NCBI GenBank assembly: GCA_010909165.1
Contig: MU008207.1
Span: 62,001-126,000, forward strand
Reading direction: 5' to 3'
DNA: 64,000 bases
From: Anthoceros angustus
Taxonomy: Eukaryota; Plantae; Anthocerotophyta
Positions 13,707 to 27,480 of this stretch are shown one piece after another (position 1 is the first letter of the stretch; the number at the start of each line of letters is the position of its first letter). A program made the position numbers and the translations under genes. The notes beneath the pieces are model-generated. The model saw only the letters and a list, made by a program, of their open reading frames with translations. It did not search any database and was not told the DNA's origin.

Positions 13707-13906
13707 AGGTCTAAAGCTCAAGATTTCCTACTTGTGAGGTCTGAAGCGCAAGAATTCCTACTTGTGAGGTCTAAAGCGCAAGATTTCCTACTTGTGAGGT
13801 CTAAAGCGCAAGATTTCCTACTTGTGAGGTCTAAAGCGCAAGATTTCCTACTTGTGAGGTCTAAAGCGCAAGATTTCCTACTTGTGAGGTCTAAAGCGCA
13901 AGATTT
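13707..13906 (+). repeat. 30-bp minisatellite, ~6.7 copies
   Basis: Unit aggtctaaagcgcaagatttcctacttgtg. Confidence 0.95.
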
Positions 13907-15479
13907 ATAACTTAATTATGGTTTATGTTTTCCTCAAAGCAATGGACACTACATACATTGTCCATAATTTTATCTTTTCAAGTTCTAAAGTTTTTATTAT
14001 TTCCTTTGATATGATTGTCAGTTACATGCTGCTGCACATCACCTGCAAAGCATTCTTTTGAAAATAATGAGTCATTATCTAGCCACATCTTAAGTTGCTT
14101 TCTCATCAATTAAATTATAACACTTTAAATCCATAATTCACAAGGCAACAAACAAAAGCCACAAATTCAATAGAACAATCCTACTTTAAGGTTTTGCATT
14201 TAAAGTTACAAAATATGAAAGTTATGCTTGCATTGCAATTTTCTTACACGCAAGAATTTTCAAAGAATGTTTTTTCGGACAAACATCTTAACAATTATTT
14301 TCTAACAACCAAGGGAAGATGTACTAAGACGAATCTTGTTAGATCCACGAGAAGGATTATTTCGATTCTTATTCAAAAATGATTTGTTCTTTTCTTTTGA
14401 AACAAACATAACGCGCTCTCCTCCATGTTAAGACGCGTTCCATTGTTGGACTTCACACCTTCCTCTTATAGGAGAACACCAATAATCTCTAAAATAGTTT
14501 ATGTTGGGGACTATCTGGAACCCGCTTGAACTGCTTGGTGAACCCGCTCTCACCGTTTGATTTTGTAGAGACAAAATTTTGAAAGCTAGCCAAGTTAGAC
14601 CGTTAAACCGTAGCTTGAGATTCAAATTGAAATTTCACGTGATGCAAGTCAGCGTAATATCTTCTCTTAGCATGTTAAGAAACACTATTTAAGGTTCCAT
14701 GAATAAAGAATAAAATTTGGTGATGTGGTATCCCAATGTGTGGCCTTTGCTTTTGTGGATTACTAAACCATGGTTTGGTAGGTAATGACAAATGTTTGGA
14801 ACCATATCTTTTCCATAGAGGATTACCGCAAACCTATTTTTGGCATAAGAGAAGATATAGGCATACTCGACACTTGCAAGTAGTCTCACAAAACTACAAA
14901 CCTAATCTACCTAGACAGCGGGATGCTAATGCCAAAGGTCCTATGTCCGCCCGACGGGATCCACATGGTGTGGCTAGGATGTGAGCCGTGTATGGAATAT
15001 GAAGAGTACACTTAACACATCTCGTAAGTGCCTAAGTGTCATGGAGTAATTTAAACTAGTATTTAATAATTGTTTATATTATTTCTTAGATACGATTTAA
15101 TATTATTTACTTAGCTATATGGGTACTTAACGTGGAAGCTAGTTAATAATATGAGGATTATTTAGAGATAGAGGATGAAATTGAATATATAAACAAAGTT
15201 TGGCGCTAAGATACTAAGGTTAACTTAAGTCTGCTAATCAAATTGTTGATTCTAGTTTGCTAAGTTAAGGAGGTTTGGACTTAATATCAAGTATACCTAA
15301 AGTTTTCATTTACTTACTATATAATTCCCAACCAAGGGATTTAGGGGATGGGGTGCCATCCTCTTGATGGTTAGAATCATTTGTTGGACGGATCAGTACT
15401 AAGACGAGGTACTATTCTCCTGGTAGTTTGAAAAGTTTTTAAATTGTCCCAATGTTTGGGTGCCGGCCTTCTTAGAGCA

Positions 15480-15679
15480 AGGTCTAAAGCTCAAGATTTC
15501 CTACTTGTGAGGTCTGAAGCGCAAGAATTCCTACTTGTGAGGTCTAAAGCGCAAGATTTCCTACTTGTGAGGTCTAAAGCGCAAGATTTCCTACTTGTGA
15601 GGTCTAAAGCGCAAGATTTCCTACTTGTGAGGTCTAAAGCGCAAGATTTCCTACTTGTGAGGTCTAAAGCGCAAGATTT
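15480..15679 (+). repeat. 30-bp minisatellite, duplicate of 13707-13906
   Basis: Same unit and same variant order. Confidence 0.95.
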
Positions 15680-16224
15680 ATAACTTAATTATGGTTTATG
15701 TTTTCCTCAAAGCAATGGACACTACATACATTGTCCGCAATTTTATCTGTTTTTCAAGTTCTAAAGTTTTTATTATTTCTGCTTTGAGCTATTGAAATCA
15801 TCGTGATAAACATTACTAACGAGGAGAATGTGGAATAAAGAACAGCTTCAAAGACAAATCAAATCACGAATTTGTATTTCAAAGACGTTACCTTATGTAG
15901 ATGGAGGTATAGGTAATAAATGATTGGAAAGTAGTTATATTATAGATAAATCTTATATTATAATGTAGATAATATTTATTAAAAATATACCAGCAAAAGA
16001 AAACTAAGACCAGCTCACAAGCTTTGCCCTCCTAATCTACTCATTGATAAACAAGCTTTGCTCTTATACTTTTTGATATTCAAAATAGCTAAAAAGTTCC
16101 AAACCACATGGTCCAATTCTTGAAAACAGCTTGACATGATGTATGATTATTCATTATAAGTGCTTTCGATAACTAAGGAGAGCGGATTTTTTCCGTGCAG
16201 GGACCGCCCCATATACATTGCGTA

Positions 16225-16540
16225 ATGGCGTGTCACTCAGGGCAGACCTTTTTTATACTATGGGGAGCAAATTTACATTGCTCATGTGGTTGTCACGGAT
16301 GCCACGAGAGACTTTATATGCGAGCACGAGAGACTTTATATGCGAGCACGTTATCATCAACCCCCGAGCTGGGCGAGAAGAATGCACAACCATCAAGACT
16401 CACAAGTACTCTCCTATGCAAAACGGCCATGTTTTCATCCCCTCGCCTTCGAGACTTATGGGGCTATAGGCAAGGACTTCTTTAGGTTAATTAAGGAGTG
16501 TGCAAAAGCCTATTACAGCCACAGGAATTGGAGGGGCCTC
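16225..16540 (+). mobile_element. Fragment of a non-LTR retrotransposon restriction-like endonuclease (RLE) domain
   Basis: Across frameshifts: LRADL...VVVTD...KTHKY...HVFIPLAFETYGAIG, matching the RLE pattern RxD..DV.V..K..KY..F.P...ET.G. Confidence 0.65.
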
Positions 16541-19500
16541 CCGAAGGATGGAGGGCACAACAGTGACAGCAACGCCGTAAGGTGCAGCCACGGCTGCATT
16601 GTAAGTCACAACACCTTGAGGCCCTACGTTTGTCACAGTCCTCACGACAGTTTGGTTGCCCAGTAGCTGTGACTGTGTGATGGAAGGATAGTTCAGGTTG
16701 AATGCTTGCGGGATGGTCACAGGGCACACCAAACCTGCACAGATAGACAAGATAAGACGGACGGCCACCAGATTAGGTCGTGTACAGTGTTTCCCTGCCA
16801 GCCCAATCCACAGCCAGCAATGTTTACTCCTTGCAGCGGGGAACACACAACTAACTAGGCTGTACCTGCAGAGAGAGCAATATCGGAGCCGAAACTGCAA
16901 AGGTAACTGACGTAGTCGTCAGGAAGAGCGTCATACACAAGTCCAGGCTCGAGGGCCCTGGCAGGGCTCACATGACCTGCTCCAAAGTCGAAGTACCCAC
17001 CAGGGCCACCCGAAGGATATGATGTGATGGTTTCGTTTACGGTGCTGCCCAGCAGGTAGCTGTTGTCCACCTGGTAAGCTGCAAGAAAGCTACATAATTC
17101 AGTTTCCTTAAGCATCAAGCTGTAGCAATGCTCAGAACCTGAGGAGTAGTGCTGCTACCACAGTTGTGAACTTCTGTTACCCGTGGTCACGATAGAGGAT
17201 TTGATGGCAGCAGGACTCCAGTCGGGATGAACGACCTTGAGTAACGCTGCAATCCCTGCAATGTGAGGGGTGGACATTGATGTTCCTGAAAGGATGTTGT
17301 AGTCCTCCTGCCTGAATGCAGTGGACAGGTCTACAGCCCTTGGGGAGTAGGCTGCTAACATGTCAACTCCTGGTGCCGTGATATCAGGCTGCAACCATCC
17401 CGAAAATGGCCAACTCATTTCTGCAGACATCTGGATGAAGAACAGCTTGGAAACAAGTTTCACACTCCTCACGGGGAATCACTCTGCATCATAGCTAGGT
17501 TGGGGTACCTTCAGGATATCAGGATGGACAACGCTGGGTCCTCTGGAAGAAAACGCTGCCACTTTGGGAGCAGGCTTGTAGTCAAAACTGCCTGTGTAGG
17601 AAGGATTTTGCAACCGGGCTCGCTGTGGACTGGACGTAGGCATCAATGGTTGCAGCAGCTGCAAAATCGATGACGGTAACTGGCAGAGGAAACTGTTGAG
17701 ACCCCAGTGGATTTCCTGCATAAATCAGTCCCACTCCCCCAACCCTCTTCACCTCATCAACAGCATCAATCGTAGGATCGTAGTTACAAAGAACAATGGC
17801 ATTCGTTGCACGGGCCGGGTCCAAGCTGTAGCCCGCGCAGTAACTGCACAAGGTGAACACTCCCCAAGTCAGGTGACCCGCAAGCATTTACAAACAAAGA
17901 GACACAGACTTCAAGCTCCATGTGCATCACCTGGCCTGAGTGTTGCTAGAAAATGAGACTGAAGCCCGCGAGCCGAAGATGATCGGAACGAAGTTCTCGT
18001 ATGCGAAAGGATTGACTACCCATCTGCCCTGCAACACCCAACACAGATCCGCTGAGTCCCTTTCAAGGGAAGAATCCATTGAATCCAGAGCAACTTCAAC
18101 AAGCTGGAGGACCACATACTGGAACCAGACTGCCGTCCCCCAGGAGAACATTGGTCACAAATTCACGATCCGTGGTGGATGCACCGACAGTGATGATCCA
18201 GGGAGCAGCATTGGCAACAGTGCTGTAACCCGGCCCCTCGTTTCCACCGGCTGCCACCACCACAACCCCTTGCCTGACGGCGTGGAAAGAGCCCATGCCC
18301 AGCGCATCGGTGAGCACAGGCTCGTCCCCCTTAGGCCCAAGAGACACAGATAGCACCTGCACTCCATCAGCAATGGCGTCGTCGAAGGCTGCCAGGACAT
18401 CTGCATCGAAGCAGCTCCCGCTGGGCTTCCAGCACACTTTGTAGATAGCCAATCTGGCTCCTGGTGCACCACCTGTGACGGTGCCATTCCGCTGAGGTAC
18501 AAGCCCACATTTGGCACTCTGCTGCCAGCAGCCACGGATGCGCAGTGGGAGCCGTGCCCGTCTATGTCCCGAGGAGAAAGCACGTCCTGTACAGCACCCG
18601 ATGCAGCCGCTGCAGTGTAGTAGTAACGAGCTCCAATCACCTTCCTGCATGTGCAAGATCCAGAGCCTGTCATGTACATGCTTCTGGTCTGGACAGCCTG
18701 TGCAAAAATCGTCTTGTTTGATGTAAGCTGTGTTGAAAAATCTACAAGCCGCTTACTTGTTGCAAACATCAGCTGCGAAGGAATCCCCGGGCACGCATGC
18801 TCCCCTCCAGCTCAGAGGAACAGGGGGCATGTCCAAGTCACCGAAGCTGGGTGATTCTGGCCAGTAACCTGTCGTGCCAGTAGTATCTCCATGGATTAAT
18901 AGAATCTCGACCATAAACATGCTAAGTCGGCTACACTGAACGAGAGCAGTATTGAGAAATCCGTCACGAATTCCGATGGAACAACGTTATAGCCTCCATA
19001 CCTGAGTCGATGACACCAATAACAACATCCGACTGGTTGATGAAAGCAGGGAATTGATACGAGTTTCCAGTGACATTGTTGTTGATGCCAAGGAAGTCCC
19101 AGGAATGTGTGGTCTGGAGTTTACGAGCCTGGCTGAGAAACACAAAGCGGACTTTCTCCGACTCTGCAACGACATATCATCCATGCTGGAGCCCCAGTGC
19201 ACAGAATCCGACGCGCGAATGACATGCTTGAATTCTAAGACAAGCGTTTCCAGTACCTCTCAGAGCTTGTGCGTGATGGGAGGTCAGCTTGGCAGCGAAG
19301 CCCTGGAAGGACCTGTGATAATGGTACAGAATAGCGTCCAGGGCACCAGCCGTGCTGCACAACAGCACGATTCCAAGACTCACATCCCACGCACATTGAA
19401 GACGGCAGGAAAAGCTCTCAACGGATAGAGCCTTTGAATCTGGATTCAAGATTCAACAGTTCGGCCGAATCTTACGAAAATGGTGCTCGGAAACAACCTC

Positions 19501-19800
19501 CACTTCATGTCTGAGGGACTTGGCTCCAATGTACACCACGTACACCTGCCAGTCAAAACAGCTCCCAACTTCCATCAGCAACAAAGTTTCCAAAATCCTG
19601 CCGGACTAGGATTGGGGCATTCTCCTGAGTCCTGTGCACAGCACGGTGGCGGATCGGATGCACAAATCTCGGTTGGAGGAGCCCCCTGGACGTGCAGCTC
19701 GTTCAGGACGTGGCGAAGTAGCAGCAGCAGGAAGATCGCCGTGAGGAGGCTGGAGGAGCCAGCCGTCGCACCAGTTTCCGTCTCCTCCAATCCGAGGCCG
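16487..19800 (-). pseudogene. SBT: Subtilisin-like serine protease (S8A subtilase), multi-exon, frameshifted near 18495, Fn3 domain truncated; start approximate
   Basis: Signal-like LLTAIFLLLLL, I9 VYVVYIG and YHYHRSFQGFAAKL, triad IGVIDSG / HGSHCAS / [11 protein letters not shown] domain, [15 protein letters not shown]. Confidence 0.9.
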
Positions 19801-21305
19801 CATCGATGTAGAGAAGTGGACGAGGAAGTGCGCGAGAGCGCGGGCCGCGAAATCGGGCTCGGGTGCCCGCAAATCCGGAAATCCTTGCCCAAGTCTGCGT
19901 CGCTGCGTCTCGAAATGCGTCAGCGCGTCTCAGAATTCGTCACGGCGTCTCAAAAAGCTGCCAGAAGGCAAGCCATCCAACCGGGCTGCCTCGCCATAAT
20001 TTCTATCAATAGTCCACCAGATAGCCGTCATGGAAGGCAGCCGGAAAGAGCGCCCTCTGTTTCTGTTCCTGTTCCCGGGTCCGGACTGGAGCTGCCCGGG
20101 CCCACCATTCCATGTTGCTTCCAAGGTAGCCAGGCTTTCACTGGAAGCTCACGAGCTTGGTGAAGCACGCTGCTGCAGGCACAGGCACAGGCACAGGCCT
20201 GTGACAGGCACAGGCAAAGGTTTCCGGATAATAAATTTTTGAATAATAAAAAACAAGAAAGAATGAGGGAAAATCAAATTCGTGCATTGCATGTTCTGCA
20301 GATGGGAAAGGGCCACTGTTCACAAACAACTTCCTGGCCGTATGATCTATGAGGGCGAGGCGAATAACATTATTCAGTATATTGTAACATGAAGAATGAG
20401 CTCTCCACCCATTTCATGAGGCAAGAGCTGTGGGTTGGGCAGATGAGAGCCTCTCATAGCTATCCCCGGCTCTCAAGTTCCGCATAGCCTTGAAAGTAAC
20501 AACAACCACATCTTGTTTGCCGTTCATGACCGTCTCATTGTTGATGACCGTCTCATTGTAACTCAAGGCTTCCATTTTCTCTTTGAACTCGTCGACGATT
20601 CTAAATGCGAATTGCAAGATAATTGACAAGCGACTTTCTTGAAACTCTAGCGATAAATTTTATCTTGGGGAAGCACAAACTTTGGCCCGTCCTTATGTCA
20701 AAAGAATTGACATCGGACATCCTTGATATGATGCATTCAAATATCCCAGATTTTGATGTCCTTGGCGCGATAGGCACAAGATTGGCGACAATGGGGTTAA
20801 GACTATTCCCTTTTCTTTGGGGTAGAAAGATATTCCCATCTCTTTTTTATGGTAAAGTCTCCAGGTCAAATGCTGCATCAGTGTTTTTATGGGTGTCACC
20901 CGATGGAAGAGTGTTTTTATGGGTGTTGCCCATCCACCCATCCCCAGTTCCAGTTCCATGGATTGGGCGTCACCCATTCCCAAACTCCACAGTCCTATGG
21001 GGTCGCTTTTTATAAAAAAAAACTTGCCGTCGTCCCAACAGTGTGCGAGGATGCCTCTTATTACCCGTCCTTACGGAACTTTAAGATACATCTTTTATCT
21101 ACAAAGTCATCCGATACGCTATAAAAAAAAAATGAAACTTTGGCCCCTTCCTCGGAGGTTCGACATCATCAAATAAGAACGGTTCATCCTAGAGTATCAA
21201 ACCTCCAAGCTGCAAGGGATGACAGAAATTTGCATTTGTTTCCCGTTTTCCGGGTAGGTAATAGCATTTTTTTCAATTATTAAATACAAGAAAGAATTAT
21301 AGATA

Positions 21306-22262
21306 CCGTACCCCGAGGGGTGCTTCAATAGGATAATGCCGAAATAATTATTTTTTTGAAAAAAATAAGATTCAATATAAATATTTATATTTTCAAATTT
21401 TCAACATTTACTAAAAATAAATTTATCAAATTTCAAAATTTATTAAAATACATAGGAATATATATAAAACTAATGAATATGTATAAACCTCTCCTAAACA
21501 GGTCCTAATTTTCCATACAAACAGTAACAAACCTTGCATGAGAAGCATGCAGCCCTGGATCTAGTTAGTAAGTTGTAAATAGTGGTGGTAAGACTTAGCT
21601 TAGGGCTTAAGGAAGAAAGTCTGCTTTAGGCAGTTACTTTAGAAATGTTGTAAGCCTCTCTATAAAAGGAGATGAGGCTAGCCCTAGGAAAGCATCTTGT
21701 GATCCTAGCATGGGGAGCTACACTCTTGAGGATAGGACTTTGGTGCCTAGAGGCCTTGGGAGCCTAGAGTGTGAGCATGTCTAGAAGGATCCTAGCACTT
21801 GGGAGCTACACTCTTGTGAGGATAGGACTTTGGTGCCTAGAGGCCTTGGGAGCCTAGAGTGTGAGCGTGCTAGAGGAGAGCTGTTGAGGAGGAGATCGAG
21901 GGGAGAGAGCTAAGCTCCTAGCTTAGGCAAAGATGGGGAGCTCTCTCTGATCTCTCATGTATTCTTGTTGACTCTTGCTGGAATAAACAGCAGCGGCAGA
22001 CGTGCTGACTGCGAGTCGTCCCGTGGAAGGACGGCGGGCTACTTGGAGGCCTAGTGCTGGTGGCTGGTGATGTTTTTGTCACTAACTGGATGACTGTCCC
22101 ACCTCGCTAGAAGGGGGGTGTTACTCAAACCCTAGTTTTCTTGTTTTCTGCATCTTAAACTTATAAATTTTTATATATTCAATATTTTAAGTATAATAAT
22201 TTCCAAGTTTTCAACTTTTAGTAATTTTAATTAATTAACGCCGAATCACCCTCGGGGTACGG
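21306..22262. mobile_element. Possible AT-rich MITE hosting the solo LTR
   Basis: Inverted ends ccgtaccccgaggg / ccctcggggtacgg around an AT-rich interior. No clear TSD. Confidence 0.4.
21523..22125 (+). mobile_element. Solo LTR with AGTAACA...TGTTACT termini
   Basis: 5-bp TSD CAAAC (21518-21522, 22126-22130), 7-bp perfect inverted termini, tataaaa at 21661, aataaa at ~21982, internal ~88-bp tandem repeat. Confidence 0.75.
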
Positions 22263-22304
22263 GAGTTCAAGTTGAACTACCCTGCACATCGTACCTGGTG
22301 CCCA

Positions 22305-25300
22305 TCATGAACTTCCGACAATCCAAGGACTTGTCACTGTATGGGCACCATCCGACCATATCAAAGATCCCGAATAGAAGGTGGTAACACCTCCAGCAAC
22401 TGGTGTTGTGAAAGTAACTGTGAATGACAAAGTCTGTCCTACAGATTGGAAGGAGAGGGCAAGAGGATCAACAGTTACCAAAACCGAAGGATCGGGTGCG
22501 ATGACTGTGGGCGTGTAGGTTACAACTCCAACTGCCCCCACATTTGTCACGCTTCTCGTCACTGTCACAGAGGTCACTAGATTAGATACTTTGATGGCTG
22601 GATAGTTGATATCATAGTGCGCCTTGGGAAACAGTGGACAGGCAGCAGAAGGATCTCCTGTAAAAGAGCGGAGGTCTGCATCTGTCATGCCGAAGTCGCA
22701 TATGAAATCATTGTAATCGGCAAAATTGACATCATATACAAGTCCGGGATCCAGGGCAGCAAATGGATACACGTGACCAGATCCAAAGTCCAGAGGGCCT
22801 CCTGGGGTAAGAGAAGGATACGTTGTTATTGCGCTGTTGAAGTTATCAATTTGGGTCGCTGCAGACACAAGGCAGATCGTTAGGATGGAGAACGCTAGAA
22901 CTGGAGGAGGAGTTAGTTCACATGATTCACAAGAAAAAATCGCAGAGCATTGGAGATGGCGTGCCTGTTGTCATGATGGCGGATTTGATAGCTGCAGGAC
23001 TCCACTTTGGGTGGACAATCTTGACGAGAGCAGATATTGCAGAGATGTGAGGGCAGGCCATAGATGTGCCGGACATAATATTCAGGGTCAGCGATCGACC
23101 TCCAGTTTCAGAATCATCTAGTTGGAGAGGAGAGAAAGCAGCCAGAATGGCTTGTCCTGGAGCTGTTATGTCAGGCTGCAGCCCACACAGGAGTGCTATA
23201 TCAGATGATGGACTAGTCTAGGCAGACTTGGAAACCTTAGAGACAGCAGCCATGGGGAAGCCCCTCACCAGATTACAACAAGTAACCTACACAGACAAGC
23301 TTGGGGCATTTCATCAGTGTGGGCAACGGGCCATACCTTAGGGATGTCAGGGTTACGAAGGCTGGGGCCTCTGGAGGAAAAGGTGGCCACTCTTGGTGCA
23401 GGTACTTGCCCGTAAGTTGCTGCAGTAGGCAGGATGACACCGACAGGAGTCCTGCAAAAGCCATGACACCCAATCTCATCAAACACCTCACTGAAGTTCA
23501 ACCAAGGCTGCACTCAGCAACACATGACAGAGAGTGGAGAAAGCTTACGGTGTGCTCTGAAAGTACGGCAGCTGCAGGGCTAGGTTGGCGGCGTCTTCGG
23601 AGATGTATGTGGCAGGCCCGACAAACTCTCGTGGCACGGACGGAGTGCCGACGAGAATGATACCCACTCCACCGGCTCGTCGCACCTCATCCTCTTCAGC
23701 CACGCTTGGACCATCTACGCACACCACGATGGCTCCTGTCACAATCGAAGAATCCAGGCTGGAGGGGAAGCAGGCACTGCGACACATACAATCCAAACAC
23801 GTATTAAATCATTGCCGGCATATACTTTCCAGTGCTTGCACTCCACACTGTTGAACGAGCATGTTTCACAGAAATCTGCGTCCAGATTTGACATACTTGG
23901 CTTGTTCTACCAAGGCTCCAGGTGCTATTGCATTGGAACCCAGTACGATGGGGGCCGGGGTTGTAATCGGGAAGGGGTTGAAGACCCAACCTCCCTGGGG
24001 CAATAGGGCACAGAGTCCAAGGTCAAGAAGCAGTGACGTTAAATCATACAAGAGAGTCAGGTCAGGTGAAGATCCTTCCCCATCCAGGAATGACTGGCAT
24101 CAAGGCACTTACAGGGATGATGCTGCCATCTCCGAGCTGCACATTGGTGACGTATTCACGATCTGTGGTGCTCGCAGCAACTGTGACAATCCAAGGAGCA
24201 GTGTTGACAACAGTGCCGTAATCCGGGCCGTTGTTACCAGCCGAGGCGGACACCAGGATGTTCTTCTTGACAGCGTAGTAGGCTCCTATAGCAATTGAGT
24301 CATTGAACAGGGAGGAGTCCCCTTCCCCGATGCTGTTTCCGATAGAGATGGAGATGATATCCACGCCATCAGCAATGGCGTCGTCGAAAGCCTTAAGCAT
24401 ATCGGCATCGGTGCAACCTCCACCTGTGAAGCAGACCTTGTAGATGGCCAATCTGGCCCCGCTCACACCCCCTGACACTATGCCCTCTCCGATGCCGTAG
24501 GGTCCCGCATCGTACCTCGCTCCTGCTACAGTGGATGCTGTGTGTGAACCATGGCCGATTGTGTCTCTGGGAGAGAGAACATCAGTCAGGGTTTTGCCGT
24601 CGGCCCGCGCAGCTGCTTGTGCTCCCTCGTAGTAGTAGCGAGCGCCAATCACCTTGCTGCATTCCGGAACACACACATCCCATGAGCCATCTGAGGAATC
24701 AGTTTCAGCACATGAATTGAATCGAGAGTGTTTTCTTACTTGTTGCAGAGGTCGGCAGAAAATTGGTCGCCTGGAATGCATGCTCCCTTCCAGCGATCAG
24801 GAACTGGTGGCATACCCACATCCTGGAAGCTGGGAGATTCGGGCCAGTATCCTGTGAACAGCGGCAACAGCAAACACATTTCAGCGTCCAGCTCCAAGTG
24901 AATAATGCCATAGCATGAAGATCACAAATTTCCCCAACACCGTGCTCTCTGAGAACTGTACCAGAGTCGAGCATCCCGATGATGATATCAGTTTGAGAAG
25001 CGGGAGGAGGGAAATAGAAGTTGTTGGTGCCTGGCAGGAGAATGTCACTGCTATCGCGGTTCAAAACGCCCAGAAAATTCCACGAATGACTTGTGTGCGG
25101 CTTGTGAATCAAGCTCTTAAATACGCCGAGAACCTTCTCTGACTCTGCACACACCAGGTTCCTCCATCTGGGTCAGATCGGATTTCGCAGGGGTTCGGAC
25201 AGAAGAACTTCTAATTCAAGGAGGGATCCGGAGCTTGCCTTTGAGTTTTGCAGCATGACTGGCGTCCAGTTTGGCAGCAAAGCCTCGGAATGTCCTGTGG

Positions 25301-25706
25301 TAGTGGTACAAGATTGACCCAGTTGCAGCCTCGACACTGCGAACACAGAACTTCACACACTCGATCTCATGTTGCTTCCAGATGAATGGGCACTCTACGG
25401 CCACACAGCCCACATGGAGAAGGATCCTCGTGGAAAATTCACCTTCCCAAAACCGTAGCAAGAAGAGCTGTGTTCTCCAACAACACGTCCAACTCATGGC
25501 CTGCAGGGATGGCTCCCAAGTGCACCACATAAACCTGTACCGAGCATCAAATGGTGAGCCCAGTCTGCCGAAAAAAAACAACTGTGACCCAACAAATGTG
25601 GTATGATTCGGACGTCTAGAGCAGGCTCGGTTGCAGAAATCGTGGACAAGGGCATCAGAAGCAGCAGCGCTATGATAAAACAAGCACCCATCCTGTAGAT
25701 CGCCAT
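22305..25706 (-). CDS. SBT: Subtilisin-like serine protease (S8A subtilase), multi-exon, apparently intact
   Basis: Signal peptide [19 protein letters not shown]9 domain, [33 protein letters not shown], full Fn3 ending [21 protein letters not shown]. Confidence 0.93.
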
Positions 25707-25795
25707 GGATCGAATCCAGCCGACCCGTCTGCTCAAGATTCGTCGGGCGGCGTTTGTGGGCGGCTGGGCTTCGAAATGACCAGATGGACAAGGCC

Positions 25796-26498
25796 TCAAG
25801 GTTGCTCGAGTTGCAGCAACTAGTTCTTATAGAGAGTCATGTATGTACGTATGCAGGAAGCTTCTCCCTAGCTTCGTCCGGGAAGCGAGCATCTCTTCTG
25901 TTCATATGGTCTGACACACGGCGAGGTGGGACTTGGGACCAGGGTGTCATTTTGACCGAGTACTAGCTCAGTCCCCGGGACCGCCTAGCCTGGCTACGCT
26001 CGGTCCCGGACCGAGCAGGGACCGTGCCTTTTTGCGACCCTTGGTCATTAAATATAATAAATAATAATATAAAAGACTGCAGACTGCGGAGTCCGCAGAC
26101 TGCAGCCCAACCGGCAGACTGTAATCTGCGTCCATGATAAGATGTCCATGTGTCCATAATAAATATAAATCCTTGGATATAAAATTAAGTAATTTATTAA
26201 TTTTAAACCGAACCTTTTATGAACCCTCGGTCCCCGAGGGTAATAGGGGACCGAGGGTGATATAAAATTAAGTAATTTATTAATTTTAAACCGAACCTTT
26301 TATGAACCCTCGGTCCCCGAGGGTAATAGGGGACCGAGGGTGAGGACCGGACTCTTGAAGAACCTCCGGTCCCATGTTTTTTTTAACACATGCCGGGACC
26401 GGGACCGAGCTTGGGACGGGGTCAAAATGACACCCTGCTTGGGACGCGCTTTCTCTTTCCCGTGCCGGCTTCAGTGGAGTAGCTTGGACTGCAAGGAG
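25796..26498 (+). repeat. Left copy of a 197-bp direct repeat (interrupted by the MITE); right copy 48017-48213
   Basis: tcaaggttgctcgag...ggactgcaaggag occurs on both sides of the TIR element with one SNP. Confidence 0.93.
25940..26437. mobile_element. hAT-type MITE (498 bp)
   Basis: 18-bp TIR CAGGGTGTCATTTTGACC, 8-bp TSD CTTGGGAC, empty site at 48153-48160, internal ~82-bp tandem duplication. Confidence 0.93.
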
Positions 26499-27480
26499 TA
26501 TGGCATACCAAAGAGGACAGAGGGGACGGGGCATTTTTTTCACGCGCAAAACTTTTGTTCACACCACACGTCTTTTCGGTGTCGGTTTGGAAACCCGACC
26601 GAAATGGGGTAGCCCAAACCGGACGCACCAAAGCGGCCACTTCGCGCTCACCGGTACACAAAAAAGGGAACTTTTTTTTCACCCCAACATCAGGTTTTTC
26701 TCGCTAAGAAAGAACTTTTTTCACCCCAACATCGTGGTTTTCAAGAAAGAACTTTTTTTTCTACGCGTCGCTGTCTTCTACTTTAGGGTTTTGCGAGGTG
26801 GTTTGGGCTTAGGCAACCCACCTGCCCGTTTTTAGGGTTCATCTCTTACGAGGGTGAAGTAGGGTTTAGGGAACGGGCGGCTTTGCGGGGCTGCTTTGGG
26901 CGACGCACAGCCGCTGCTCGGGGCGACCAGCGGCGAGCCAGGCACAGAAGACGCGGGAAGGAGGGGCGAGGTCCGCAGGCGGGGCGGGGCGTCAAGGTGG
27001 GGCGTGCGCCCGCCGAGGCAGGCAGCAGCGCGGCCCACCTGTGCGGCCCGTGCGCGCCAGGCGGGCGGCGGCGAGGCGCGGCCGGGCGGGCACGTAGGTG
27101 GGCGGGGCGCCCACCGGCCGACGAAAGGTGGGCGGGCACCGAGGCGAGGCGAGGCGGCAGGCGCGCCTGGGCCGCGTGGAACGCAGCGGGCAGGCGGGCC
27201 GCAATGGGCGAGGCGAGGCCGGGCCGGGCGGGGCGAGGGTCGAGGCCGGGCGGGGCTCGGGCAGAGGCTCGGGGCGGTCCACGGCGGGTCGACGCGCATC
27301 GACGCGGGCGAGGGCGAGGCGAGCAGGCGGCGGGGCGAGGCGGGCCGCAGGCGGCGAGGCGCGGCGGCGGCGAGGCGAGGCGGCAGGCGGGTCGAGGCGA
27401 GGCGAGCGGTGGGCGGGCGAGGCGGTGGCGGGCGGGCGGCAGGCGGCGAGGCGGGCGGGGCGAATTAGGGCGGGGCGCCA

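Larger units (their letters stand above)
12162..15778 (+). repeat. ~1.8-kb tandem duplication (12162-14000, 14001-15778)
   Basis: Both units start ttcctttgatatgattgtca. The second has many 1-5 bp deletions. The shared part is single-copy in the paralog. Confidence 0.9.

Noticed and set aside
13707-13906. 30-bp repeats resembling a CRISPR array or a repeat protein (LVRSKAQDFL)n
   Set aside because: The units are head-to-tail with no spacers, there are no cas genes, and the context is eukaryotic. It is a minisatellite and the ORF is incidental.
20330-21180. Short ORFs between the subtilases, possibly a TE or Ulp1 fragment
   Set aside because: No catalytic motif or terminal structure could be supported.
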